A program made the position numbers and the translations under genes. This document shows positions 14,101 to 25,894 of a DNA stretch of 64,000 bases, piece after piece (the stretch's first letter is position 1; each line of letters begins with the position of its first letter). Below the pieces are notes generated by a model. The model saw only the letters and a list, made by a program, of their open reading frames with translations. It did no database searches and was not told the origin of the DNA. The stretch comes from Lama glama (lineage: Eukaryota): assembly GCA_028534125.1 (NCBI GenBank), contig CM052849.1:20646001-20710000 (forward strand). Direction: 5' to 3'.

Positions 14101-14941
14101 TGGAGGACTCCCCGTCCTCACACGTCCACCTTGTAGACGAGGAAACCGAGGCCCTGGGTGGTGAAGTCCTTGCCCGAGATCTGCCCACCTCAGTACCAGT
14201 CTGCACCTGGACTTGGGCTGCATTTTTCGGATGCTCTTTGTGGAGAATCAGAGCTTGAGCAAGGGTGGTTCTGTGCAACATCTGAAGGGGTAGCCTTTTC
14301 CTGGGCTGTAGGAGCGATGTTGTGGCCCTGGGCCGGCTGCCTGACCTCTGGGGAAGGGCCATCTCTGAACACTGCGGGTATAGACGTCAGTCTGCAGAGC
14401 CTGCAGCTGCACGCGGGCTGGGAGGGGTCCGCCGCGTCACCCACAATCCCCACAGGCTCCTCATGGGAGGAAGGGCCCAGGCGAACACAGCAGTGGAGGC
14501 AGCCTCAGTCCTGGTGGGCAGTGCCTATCTTTGCTGGCCAGCTCATCACCCTCACCCACCCTTGAGCACAGGTGAGGGCCTTGAGCCCCATGTAGGGGGC
14601 GGGGCCATCTCCTGGGCTCCCCCAAGGCTGCACAGCACTGTGGCGTCTGGGCCTGTTTGTGTCCTGCCCATACTGTGCCCTGGCCCCTGTGAAGGCCTGT
14701 GGGGCTAAGGACAGTGAGGGTGGCAAACCGTCTGTCTCCCCACTTTCACCTCCACTGAGCACCTGGAGGCTGTGCTGTGCTTGAGGGGAGCCAGGGGAGG
14801 TGTAGCAGCATGGTCCCCGTCTTCCCACAAGTTGAATTTGCCCAGGAGGGGCAGCGTGGGCTGTGGGGGCACCCCTGTAGCATGCGGCAGCCCATCTTCC
14901 CTCTGCCCCTGCTGAGTTTCTGGGCAGAGTTGGGGTCCGCA

Positions 14942-14967
14942 GTGTGTGTGTGTGTGTGCGCGCGCGC
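14942..14967. repeat. (GT)n(GC)n alternating purine-pyrimidine microsatellite
   Basis: gtgtgtgtgtgtgtgtgcgcgcgcgc read directly. Confidence 0.9.
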
Positions 14968-16714
14968 TGTGGGGGTGGAGGGGTGGGTCCGCGTCCCAGA
15001 TACTTGTATGCGTGTGTGCACACACGGGCGTCTGTCTGGTGGGGCTGTGCCTGGTACATGTGTGAAGCCCCACGCGTGTCCATGCGCCCAGGACCTATCT
15101 GGGTCCAGGTAGTGAGTCAGGGAACCATGGGACCAGCGGGCTGGAAGCCGGGTCAGCCGGCCCCCCCAGAGCAGGGCTGCCTGGGACGGGAGGTGCTGAG
15201 AGGGGCACCTGTGTGCTGGCAGGTGTTAAGGCTCTGGGCGCCGTCCCATCACATTCTGTGCCGGTGGGCAGTGGTCGACTTCTGGAGAAAGGATGCTGGA
15301 GTCCAGCAGCCACTCCCACCGTGGGCACGGGGATCACTGTGAGCTGGGGGCAGCTAGGGTGACAACAATGGCACACAGTGACTGAGCGAGACACCTGCTG
15401 GGAGCCACCACCGTCCTGGCCCTGACCCGTTTGGCTCACGTGCAGTGTGCGGAGCCCCAGGAGGTGGGGGTCAGTCAGCCGTCTGCCGACGGACAGACCC
15501 GGGTGTGGGCCTCTGCTGCTCGCCTAGGGCAGGGTTACAGGTCTGGGCCGAGCCCACGCTGCCCAGGCCGTGTTGCCTGCTCCACCTCCTCTGCTGAGAG
15601 CCCCTTCCTGCCCATCTTCGGTGACTGGCGTGCGTGCTGGCCCGAGGACATGTCCCCAGGTGCAGTCTTCACAGGGCCTCCGGGCAGCTGGGCCACCTCC
15701 CAGTCAGGTTTTCAACACCAGGGGTTGCATAACAGCCGTGGCCTCCCTCCTCCAGCCAGGGCTGTTGCTAGGGAGGGTCTCTTAGCTCTCACACCTCGGG
15801 GCTTAGGCAGCAGTAGCCCCAGGGCAGGCCACGCCAGGCTCGAGTGGGGCCGCTGGCCGGCAGGGAGGCTCTGACCCATGCTCCCTCCCTGACTCCCTGA
15901 GCGGTGCTGAGCACAGCTGTGTCCCTGGCCTCTGCCAGCTGCGGGCTTTGCTCCAGGCAAAGGAGGCAGACAGTAACTAGACGGGCCGGAGACTGAGAGG
16001 AGACAACTGGCAGGTTCTGGGGAGGGGCCGGGGCCAGGTGGGGCTTTCAGGTTGAGATGTCTGGGGAAGGTCAGTGAGGCCACTGGCGGAGGGGCGGCTG
16101 GGTAGGGGCGTTGGGTGTCACTGAGGTCACCTGAGGCACTTTCTCTGTTGGGAGCTGGAATCTGAAACCTCCATGCAGTCAAGTGCTCTGGGGACTCGGG
16201 GCAGATGTGTTTGGCCCCAGTTTGGAGTGGAGAACCTCCCAGTGCCCTGGTTTGCCCCAGTAGTTCTGGGAAGAAAACTCACCCGAGTTCCCCACATCAT
16301 GCAGCTCACCAGGACTCTGCGTGCACACGGAGGGAGGGCTGATTGGGCCCCTGACGCCAGCCCGGCTGTTAGTACGCGCATGTCGTAGGGGTGACGCAGG
16401 GGGCTGTGAGTGTGTCTACATGGGGAGGGACTGCCCGCCTCTACTTCTTCCTGGGAGCAGCCATTCGGGATGGTCACTGCCTTCTGGACTCTGCACAGGC
16501 CGCAGGCATGGAGTTGCACACACTGACCCGGCTACAGGTGCCTGTGGGCCCCAGACAAGGGAGGGTTCTCTGGTAAGAGCCTAGTGTCAGCAGGCGTGGC
16601 GGGGAGCATCCTTGTGAGGCACAGGTGTGGCCTTGTCAGGGGGCCGCCACCCACACACGTGATCTGCGTAGATGCTGAAAGTCATGGGAAGCAGGAACGA
16701 TGGCAGTCAGAGTC

Positions 16715-16855
16715 TCCACTTGCTTCATCCTCCTAGCAGCCCCTGCAGCAGGTGCTTGCTGTCCCCATCGTGTAGACGAGAGAACTAAGGCATGGGGGTT
16801 AAGTCACATGGCTGGCAAGTAGCAGAGCAGGATTGGAACCCAGAGCAGGTCTGGG
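16715..16855 (-). mobile_element. MIR SINE
   Basis: 'tcatcctcctagcagccc...ccccatcgtgtagacgagagaactaagg...ggttaagtcacatggct...gcagagcaggattggaaccca' matches the MIR reverse complement. Confidence 0.7.
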
Positions 16856-19800
16856 GCGGGGGTCTTTGCTGCGCCTTGAGGGGTTGCGGATTGGAGGCCA
16901 TGCGACCTGAGAGCAGCAGGGCTCCTGCCCGTCCAGCGTGGGCTTCACCGCTCTAGTCTAGGGCCCATGTGTGGCCGCTCTGCCTTTCTGTCCTTGGAAG
17001 GGGCCTCACAGTTTCACACTGCGTCAGGAGTTGGCCCCATGGACCCTGATCCTTGCTGGGCTGGCAGGTTCCTAGTGGGACATCCAGACCAGCTCCCATG
17101 GGAGCCCCGGCCCACTGATCACCCCCAACCTGACATGTTGTGCCATGTGGGGTGCCTGGCAGCTGCTGCCCTCCCTGCAGATACACTCTCCAGCCTTGGA
17201 TTGTGGGGTGTTCATGCTCATGTGACCCCAAGACTCCTGCCTCAGGAAGAGCCAGAGTCCCCACAGGAACCCTTGGGAGCCGGCCATGGCCTTGTCACTT
17301 ACCTGACGTCACACATCACAGCTGTCCCTCCGACCCCAGCCCCACGTGCTGGTCTTCAGACCCTGGCAGGGCCCTGGCCAGTGCTTTTCCCACGTCCTGC
17401 ATGGCCTGCCCTCAGCCCCAGTGAGGATTTGTCAGACAGAAGCACGCCTAGACTCGTCTGCTGGGTAACACCAGGGGCCCCTGGCCCCTGAGATCACATC
17501 TCTGCCTGGCCCAGATCCCCCAAGGGTCCCCTTTCTGTCATCTGTGGAAGAACTCGTGTTGCCCTGGAGACCTGGCCCAGCCCATCTCCTCACCTCAGGC
17601 CCCGCCCCTGGACCACCTGCCTCGGGCCTCTGCCCCTGGCTCTTGCCGTCTCCCAGGCCCTCCCGGCCAGCTGAGGCGGCCAGTGAGGCTAGAGAGCGTC
17701 TCCTCCTCCTCACACGTGGCCCCAGGTTGCCCTGTCCTGCTCTGGGACTGTTTCCTCATCCAGGGGGTGACGAGATGCAAGTGCCTGCTGGGCTGCCTCA
17801 CGTCCTCCCGTCTCCTCTCTGAGGCCCTCCTCTGAGCTGACCCTGTAGTTTGTTTCTCTTTGTCCCCCACCCCGGACAGAAGGCAGGCACGAGATGCTTC
17901 GGCGGTGGCTGCTCTGGCTCCTGGCCTGCCTAGGCTGCTCCCCCTCCCGAGGTGGGCCAGGCGGGCTGGCTGGCAGCAGCTGTGCAGGTTCGGGGCACGG
18001 AGGGGGAGCTCCCGGGGAGCGAGCCTGAGACCTGCTTGGGCACTTGTGGGCGAGCACGGGATGCACCGTCTGGGTGTGCAGGGGCTGGCGGTCGGAGCCT
18101 CTGGGCTCGGTGCTCGGAGTCCTCCCCCGGTGTCACAGGCTAAGAGGGCCCTGGACAGAGACTGACTTCAGAACGTAATTGTCGGGACAGTGGTTGTGAA
18201 CATTAAGTCCCAGCTGAATGTTGATCAGAGGGCAGCTCAGTCAGCCACGGGGCAGGTCTGTCTTCTTTCCAGGTGACTCTTCGCTGTCGCAACAGCACAC
18301 AGCGGGGGCTCAGCGGACTTGTGAAGGAGTGGCTGTCTTCACAGGGCCCGGGAGGGGGCTTAACCCCGGGAGGGGCCTCCCTGCCTGCGGACTGGGGGCC
18401 CAGCGCTCAGGAAGCAGCCGCAGTGCTGACAGAGGCTGCAGGCATCCTGCTGGGGCTGCCCTGTGGCTGCCCGCCTGACTCCTGGGTCTTAGACCATCTG
18501 CCCTCCAGCCATGCTGGCCTCACCAGGTGTTGGGTGCCCAGAGCGCACTGTGGGCAGGGACTCAGGGACAGGGTACTGAGGACAAGTGCAGTGAGCCAAC
18601 AGAGGACTGACCCAGAGGGGCCAGGATACAACAAGCAGGGTCCAGAAGCTTTTGGAGCGGCTGAGGTCAGTGAGGCCTTCAGGAGACCATCCTTGGAGGC
18701 AGTGTGACACTTTAGCGGCCATGGTGGACGGTGCTGGGCCAGGGAATGAGGGGCCTCTCAGGTGGGGATGCCTCACCTGGGAGTTGGCAGACTGGCAGTG
18801 GGGTTGGGGAGAAGGTGGGGAGCAGTGCCTGTGTGGTGTGAGTATGAACTTAGGAGGGAGACGGGACAGGGAGGACAGTCCTGTCCCAACAGTGTAGCTG
18901 GAGGGGGCGACTGGACCTGGGCCCCATACCAGGGTGGAGGCAGCCCAGCCAGCTTCCAGTTCAGCGTTTGACCCGAGAGAGGTCAGAGGCAGGTATTGGA
19001 GGTGCCCCAGGATGGGGGTTGGGCCAGGCAGAGGGACCTTCCCACCCGCTCCATCCTGGCCTGCAGGACACTGTGGGCAGGGAAGGGCAGAGGCTGTCTG
19101 CTTGGAGGAAGGCACTGTTTGGGTGGTTCATGGGGCCTCCTTGGTTTCTCTGGGGCTTCCCCTGTTTTAGCACTGAAGCCCCACACCCCAGAAGCCCTCT
19201 CAGTCCCAGGCAGACAGGGAGACTTGGCCGCTTGAAGGTGGGGTCACCAGTTGCTGGTAGGCGGTGCAGAAGCCACTCTTTTTTGGCCAAGACGGAAGGG
19301 GAGGGGGTCCCTCTTGAGGAGTGACTCTGCGCTAAACCATGCGTTCCCCTGAACACAGGGAAGGACGTGTGGTCTGCCCCATGGTGCAAACCACAGCTGA
19401 GTAATCCAGGCGATGAGTGGGGAAGGTGGGGCAGGACTCTGGGTTGCGGGGAGGTTTGAGCCAAACTCGCAGGTGACGGGAAGTGAACCACGTGGCTGCC
19501 AGGGCAGAGGGCAGAGCCGAGCCGAGCCCCAGGCAGACGTGTTCTGAAGGGTGTCCAGGCTGGGGGGTGACAGGCTGCCAGGCGAGCTGTGAGGGAGGCT
19601 CTGAAGGTAGAAGGGGTGGGGCCGCACTCCGACTAGACGTGGGTAGGGTTCAGCCTGCACTTCTGGAGCCATGGAGAGCTGGTGCCGAGCCGCAGATCCC
19701 GGAGGGCTGCTGGGGCCCTCAGGTCCAGGAGCTTCTGAGACACAGGCTACCGCAGCTGCCCACAGCCTTCTGGCGCCTCACTGGGAGGGAGCTGTCATCC

Positions 19801-20682
19801 ACCAGGACCTCCCTCCCACACAGGGCGGGAGGTTGAGGGGCAGGTGGGGCCAAGGGCTGTGGTGAGGGCTCAGGTGGGTGGTCCCCTGGGGCCAGGCTTT
19901 CCTCTCCTCCTGATGGGGCCAGTGACAGGGTTGCCCGTGTTTGGTGACAAGAGGTGGGCTCTATGGGGCTGGGGCCCAGGTATCAGGAAGCAGGCCCCAG
20001 TGTGCTTCCTGGAGCAGGGGGGCTCCCACCTGGCTGGAGGGGTATGGCCATGCCTTTGCCTACAGGGCCTGGGGGCCTGGAGGAGCCTGGTCCGTGTGGG
20101 GACAAGGAGCCTCAGCCCCCAGTGAGGGGAATCATTCCTAATCTGTGTGTGTCAGCTATAGTTACTTTTCTCTCTCCCCGGTCAGTTCACTGATGCAGTT
20201 AGAGACTTCATTGGTGCTGTATAGTAATAATGTTTAGGAGAGCTGAAAGTAGTCATGTAAAATCACTACAGGAAAATCTAACCTGTGATTTCACAACAGC
20301 TCGCACCCCGCCCCAGTGGTCCAGGGAGGGTTCAAGGGCTTGGCCACTGCCAGGGGTGCTGGGGGCTTCACTGTGGGGTGACTGCCTCAGGCTACGAGGG
20401 GTTGTGCACTGCTATGCTTGGCAGTGCCTGCTCTGTAGGTTCCCTGCACGCGGGCATGGGCACATCTGCCCGTGTCTGTGTGCTCACAGGTGTGCACTGA
20501 CCCAGGTGGGTTGCACAGGTAGGTCTGTGCGGGGGAGGGGTTGGCTCAGGCTCTGCTGACTGAGGCCCTGCCTGGACCCCTCTTCAGGTCTCCTCACTTG
20601 GAGGCAGACACTCTGGTGACAGCAGGAGCTGGCCACCCCCGGGGCTGGCTAGAGGGTCTGGGGTGCCAGTAGACATGACCCT

Positions 20683-20718
20683 AGACCCCAGACCCCAGAC
20701 CCCAGACCGACCCCAGAC
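20683..20718. repeat. Short 7-mer tandem repeat (AGACCCC)n
   Basis: agaccccagaccccagaccccagaccgaccccagac. Confidence 0.8.
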
Positions 20719-23700
20719 TGCTGGAGTGCCTCCCGGCTCACCCTGAATCATTGTAGCCTCGGCAGTGCCTTGGTTTCCCCATTTGTACAGTGGAACACTT
20801 GTATCACCCAAATTGGTGGGCTCACCTCCACACACCGCAGCCTCGCTCCTCCCTGTGGGTCTCCCCATAGGCTCTCTGATCTGTAGCTCTGATTTCAACT
20901 TCTGGGCACAGCACTCCCTGGGGCCCTTGGTGTGGCGGTCGTTGTTGGGCTCAGCATCACTGGGAGCCTCACCCCAGCCTGGGCGCAGCTGCAGCCCCAG
21001 TCTACAGATGAGGCAACTGAGGCTGGGCAGGGCCAGCACTCCCAGCACAGGCTCAGTGGGGGCAGAACTGTGGCACTGCGTGTGCCCGAGCGCAGGTGAG
21101 CCTCCAGAAAGGGCCCAGACACACCCTGCAGGAGTGGCATCATGGGCGGAGGGCAGCTCGTGCTCCCCAGCTGTGTGCTGTGGAACAGGTGCCTGCCCCT
21201 GTGACCGCGGGCCCGTGGGACAGACGCACAGGATCTGTGCCCTGAAGCCCAGGGACCTTGGGTCATGCTCAGGGCAGTGGCTCAGTGGGAGCCGCTGCTC
21301 CTGGACCCTGTGCGCCCTGCTGTGGAGAGGTCCTGTTGAGATGGTGGTTTTCCTTCCAGGAGAGGGAACTGGCGGGGCCGTCGGCTTAGTTCATCCTCTC
21401 CAACCTTCAGGCAGGATGTGCACTGCAGGAGGCCCCTGCCCGGGAAAGCCGGGAGGAGAGAGCCTGTGGTCTCGCTGTCCCCTCGGTCTGCACAAGGCCC
21501 ACGCCTGCTGCACACTGGCTCACCCTTGGCCTGGCCAGCGCCGGCAGCTTTCCCGCTCCCCTCCTTCTAGGTGCAGGAGTTCCTTCCCTGGGCCCTACCT
21601 GACACCATGGGCTGTGGCCAGGATGGAGCTGGACTGAGTCCAGGCTGGGGAAGAGGCCCAGGCACTGATGGTTCAAGGATTCTGACAGCCTAGTTGTTAA
21701 ACACCAGAATGTTGGACACGGGTCTACAGAAAATATGATGAACTAGAACAATTTGTGGTTGACAAGTGCGTCCTTTTTGCCACGTGAACAGCACAGTGGC
21801 TGGATGTGTCTGGAGAGATAGCCTGGAGTTTTCCTGAGGCCTTTCTAGAACCTGTGGAGGGGCAGAGGTGGGCCCTGTGCAGCCCCCACCACAAAAGTCA
21901 CCAGGCCTGCTTTGCTGCGCGTCTGCCCCTTTGTCGTCTTTGCTCACAGATGCTTGTAAGAAAGACAGATCCCAGCCCAGCCAAGTGTCCCCGTGTTTCA
22001 TAGTCAGTAGTGGAAATGGTAACACGTTCCGTGTGTTTGCTCAGACTTCTAATCAGACACACCACAGACAGCCCTGTTCCCTTTCCAGGGCTCAGACATG
22101 AGAGCTCCAAGATCATCCCCCAGGCTAGAAGCGGTTTCTGTGACATTAGCCAGGTAGGTAAGAAGTGGCCTCGGACAGCCTAGGAAGGCCCTGAGTGGCT
22201 CCTTCGCACAGAGTGAGTGGCTCCCCTGCAAAAGTGGGGCTAAGCCACAGTGACTCGGGACGTGTGTGTCACTGGGTCAGGTCACCCAGTGGCAGCATGC
22301 TTACTTTTTCCAGAAGGAAGTGGGAAGCTGGGGAGAGCTAATTGGCCGCCTTCTGTGGCAGTTGGAAGGTCAGAGAGGCCCAGGGGGCCTGTCAGGTCAG
22401 GGCTCTGGGGGCCTCACTGCTCCCGGGGGCCTGTGTGAGAACAGCCTGTGAGCAATGAGATCCTCGCAGGCTGGGTGACCAGGAATAGCGCTGGACATCT
22501 CGGGCCCTTGGACTCTGTCTCTGAGGGGGGACAGCACTTGTGTCGGGGGGGCACCAGCAGTCAGTAGTTATTAAGTACCCTGCGGTGGGGAGTCAGTTCC
22601 TGTCTTCACCAGTACTTTGTCGCTGGAGGGACAGCATCCATTTTCTTCCCCAGGGAGGCCTGTGCCGTATGCTCGGCCAGCTGCTGACCGATGGAGCCTC
22701 CCTCTAGCATCCCTGTCCCTGGGAGATGGGCACCAGAGGGAGAGTGGAGCTCCTCGCCGCCTCAGAGACTTTGCACCAGCTGCTCCCAGTGGGAGGCTCC
22801 CCAGGCTCTGACCGAGGGTCCTCCCCACGCTCTCTGAAGCGGCTCCTTCCCTTCTGCTTCCTCCCTATGTTACCTTCCCACCTGTTTGTGTGTTGTGACA
22901 ACTTGCCTTTTGGGCAGGCTCCCTCCTGAGCTAGTTATAGCTACCTGGAGGCGAGCTTGCACACGGTTGGCGCTCGCTGCCAGTTAAAGGGAATGACCTG
23001 ATGCCCGTGAACAGGGCAGGCGCTGGGAAGTCCTGGGGTCAGCGGGGGCTCCGTCGTCAGGGCACGAGGGGAGAGTGGTCCCCTCGGGCTGAGATGAGCT
23101 GGTGCTCTGAGAGGATCGGGGTTGGTGAGGACATCTGACCAGGGCTCTAGAGGAGGCCACAGAAACGCAGGTGGCCTGGGGTGTCCCTCCAGTCTGATAG
23201 CTCACAGTGGCTATCCTGCGACTGGGAAGTTGCTCAGGCAGAAGCCTGTGGAACTTTGGGCAGACCCACGTGTGTGGGCCAGGCAGGTCATCAGCTGGGA
23301 CCCGAGTTCCAGGCTGGTAGGGCCGCTTCCGATAGGGAGTGCTTCTGACCTCATAGACTTTCCAGAACAAGCACCGTGCTTGTGGCCTCATGGCTCAGCT
23401 GACTTTTAGGAGCCCCCAACCCTACTGGCACACCAACCCTTAGTGTGGGGTCAGAGGTCAAAGGCTGCTGTATGCCCCCTCTTGAGAGGCTCTGGAGGGC
23501 CTGTCCCTCCTCAGATCCTGCAGTGAGCCCCGGATCTGTGTGACCATGGCTTTGGGCCCCTCCTTGGGCAGTCAGTCCGGGAGACGGAAGGAACCTCCTG
23601 CCGCCATGGGCAGCCACAAGCCTACCGTGCCCATGACTGCTCCCAGACCAGGCTGCTGGTCACACGTGGCGGGGCAGTCGTGGGAGCTTTCACACCGAGG

Positions 23701-24803
23701 GGCACTTCCTGTGGGACCATGGGGCTGTCACTGAGGGGCATTTCCTGTGCGGCCGTGAGGGTGGCACCTGGAATGTGGGGTAGCACCTGGGATATGTCAC
23801 CACTGCCCTCATTTAGGCTGGCCTCCCCACCTCCTTGGGCAAATGCTTTCAGAATCTTGTGGGTCGCTTGTTGGTATTCCCTTACCTCTCTGTTCAGCAG
23901 CCCAGTGTAGCTGGGAGGGGTGCCACCTCACCTGCTCACCAGCAGAAAATACCAGGCCCTCTTGGGCTCTGGGCACATTGGTGGGGCTGCAGATGGGCGT
24001 GGGTCCAGGACCACCTCTGCATAGTAGGAGCCGTGCAAGTGCGCAGGCCTGGCTGGGGGCAGGGGAGACCACGCTCCGTTGTCGGTATCAGTGTAGCACG
24101 TGCTTACTGAACACCCGCCGTGTCTCAGGCCCTGCTCGAGGCACTGGGTGCAGCCATGCAGGCAGGCACAGGTCCCTGTTCTAGGGACGAGAGCTGGCTG
24201 AGATGGGGCCTGCTTTCCCAAGACAGGCTTCCGTGGCATCAGGATGCCCTGCTGCGTGGAGCTGGGCTGCTGAGTAAGCCCTTGGGTGGCTCAGGACCAG
24301 GGGATGGGCGACTGGAGCTGCAGCGTGTCTGCCTGTGGCCGGCTACTGTGGTGGTGGCCCTCTGCCCAGGAATCCAAGGGGCACCCCCCAGGAAGAGCCT
24401 TCCCTCACTGAGGCTAGCACAGCTGCCAGTCTCAGCACCTGCTTCCTGCTGAGCTTGGGCGAGGCCTCACGCTGGGCCCAGATCAGGGCCCTCCATTACC
24501 GGCTGGGAAACTCACTCCCCCTCCCCAGACCCCCAGTCCTGACAGGCCCACACATATCTGACCCATCTGCCCCCTACCCATCCGTCCATCTCCTTTCATC
24601 CTCCCTCAGATGGAGCCCCCCCAGGGTGGGAGGCTCCTTCCCAAGGTATGAGTGTCAGCTTGCGAGCCCACTCAGGGCAGGGTAGGGCGGGGCCGGCACC
24701 TCCAGGTGGGTGCTGCCACTGCCCAGGTCCCCGCTCAGCACCACAGTCTCACACGGTGTCCCTGGTGGGGTGACACGTGGAGTCGTGGGTCGCTGCCGAT
24801 TAA

Positions 24804-25175
<372 letters not shown>

Positions 25176-25894
25176 TAGGGGGCACACGTGGACTGGGGCC
25201 CAGGGCAGCCGCCCGCTGGAAGTCCGGGTCCTGAGCAGAGGCAGGAGACCTGCCCCAGGTGGGTCACAGCCAGGGAGAGGCCAACCCGGGCCAGGAACCC
25301 AGGGGTTGGGGGTAGGGGTGCTCAGCTGAGGCGGGGCGGGAGGATGCGCTTGCTGATAGGCTGGCCCCGTTTCCCCACTGCGTCTGTCAGGCTCCGCCGA
25401 CTGCAGGGTGGCCAGCGTGTCTGTAATGCGTGGGGACCGGGCTCATTGCTAAGTGCTCTCCATCTGCTAAACTTAAGTGAAATGCAGTGTGTCTGCGAGA
25501 CGGGGAGGGAGTCATGTCACTTGCGGTTGGTGGTCCAGGTGCAAGGAGCAGCCCTGCCCCGGGGCCTTCCTCTGCAGCTGCTGGGGGTGCGCCCTCAGGG
25601 GGAGGGGCTGTCCTTGCTGGGACGGGGCTGGGAGACGGGTCAGGGGCTCTCTCCCCGAGCGCAGGGTTCTGTCCTAGGTGTCGGCTCGGCACTGCAGCTG
25701 CTCTCCTCTTCAGGGACTCACTGGTTTGCGCCTTCTTTTCAGAGATGGGTTTTCTTGGTGTTTCACACTCCACTTTCAACTCCCTTGGGGATTGGAAGGC
25801 TGGTGAGGGGGCAGCATGTCTCAGGGACCTGGGCTGGATGGGGGGTCTGCAGGCACACCTGCCCAGGTGGACACGTGCTCTTTCTTCCATGCAG

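Noticed and set aside
20765-21637. 290-aa intronic ORF (also 41872..42831, 49874..50770, 33876..34730 and others)
   Set aside because: No recognisable domain, non-ATG starts in several, overlap with MIR remnants in one, and composition expected from GC-rich stop-poor DNA.
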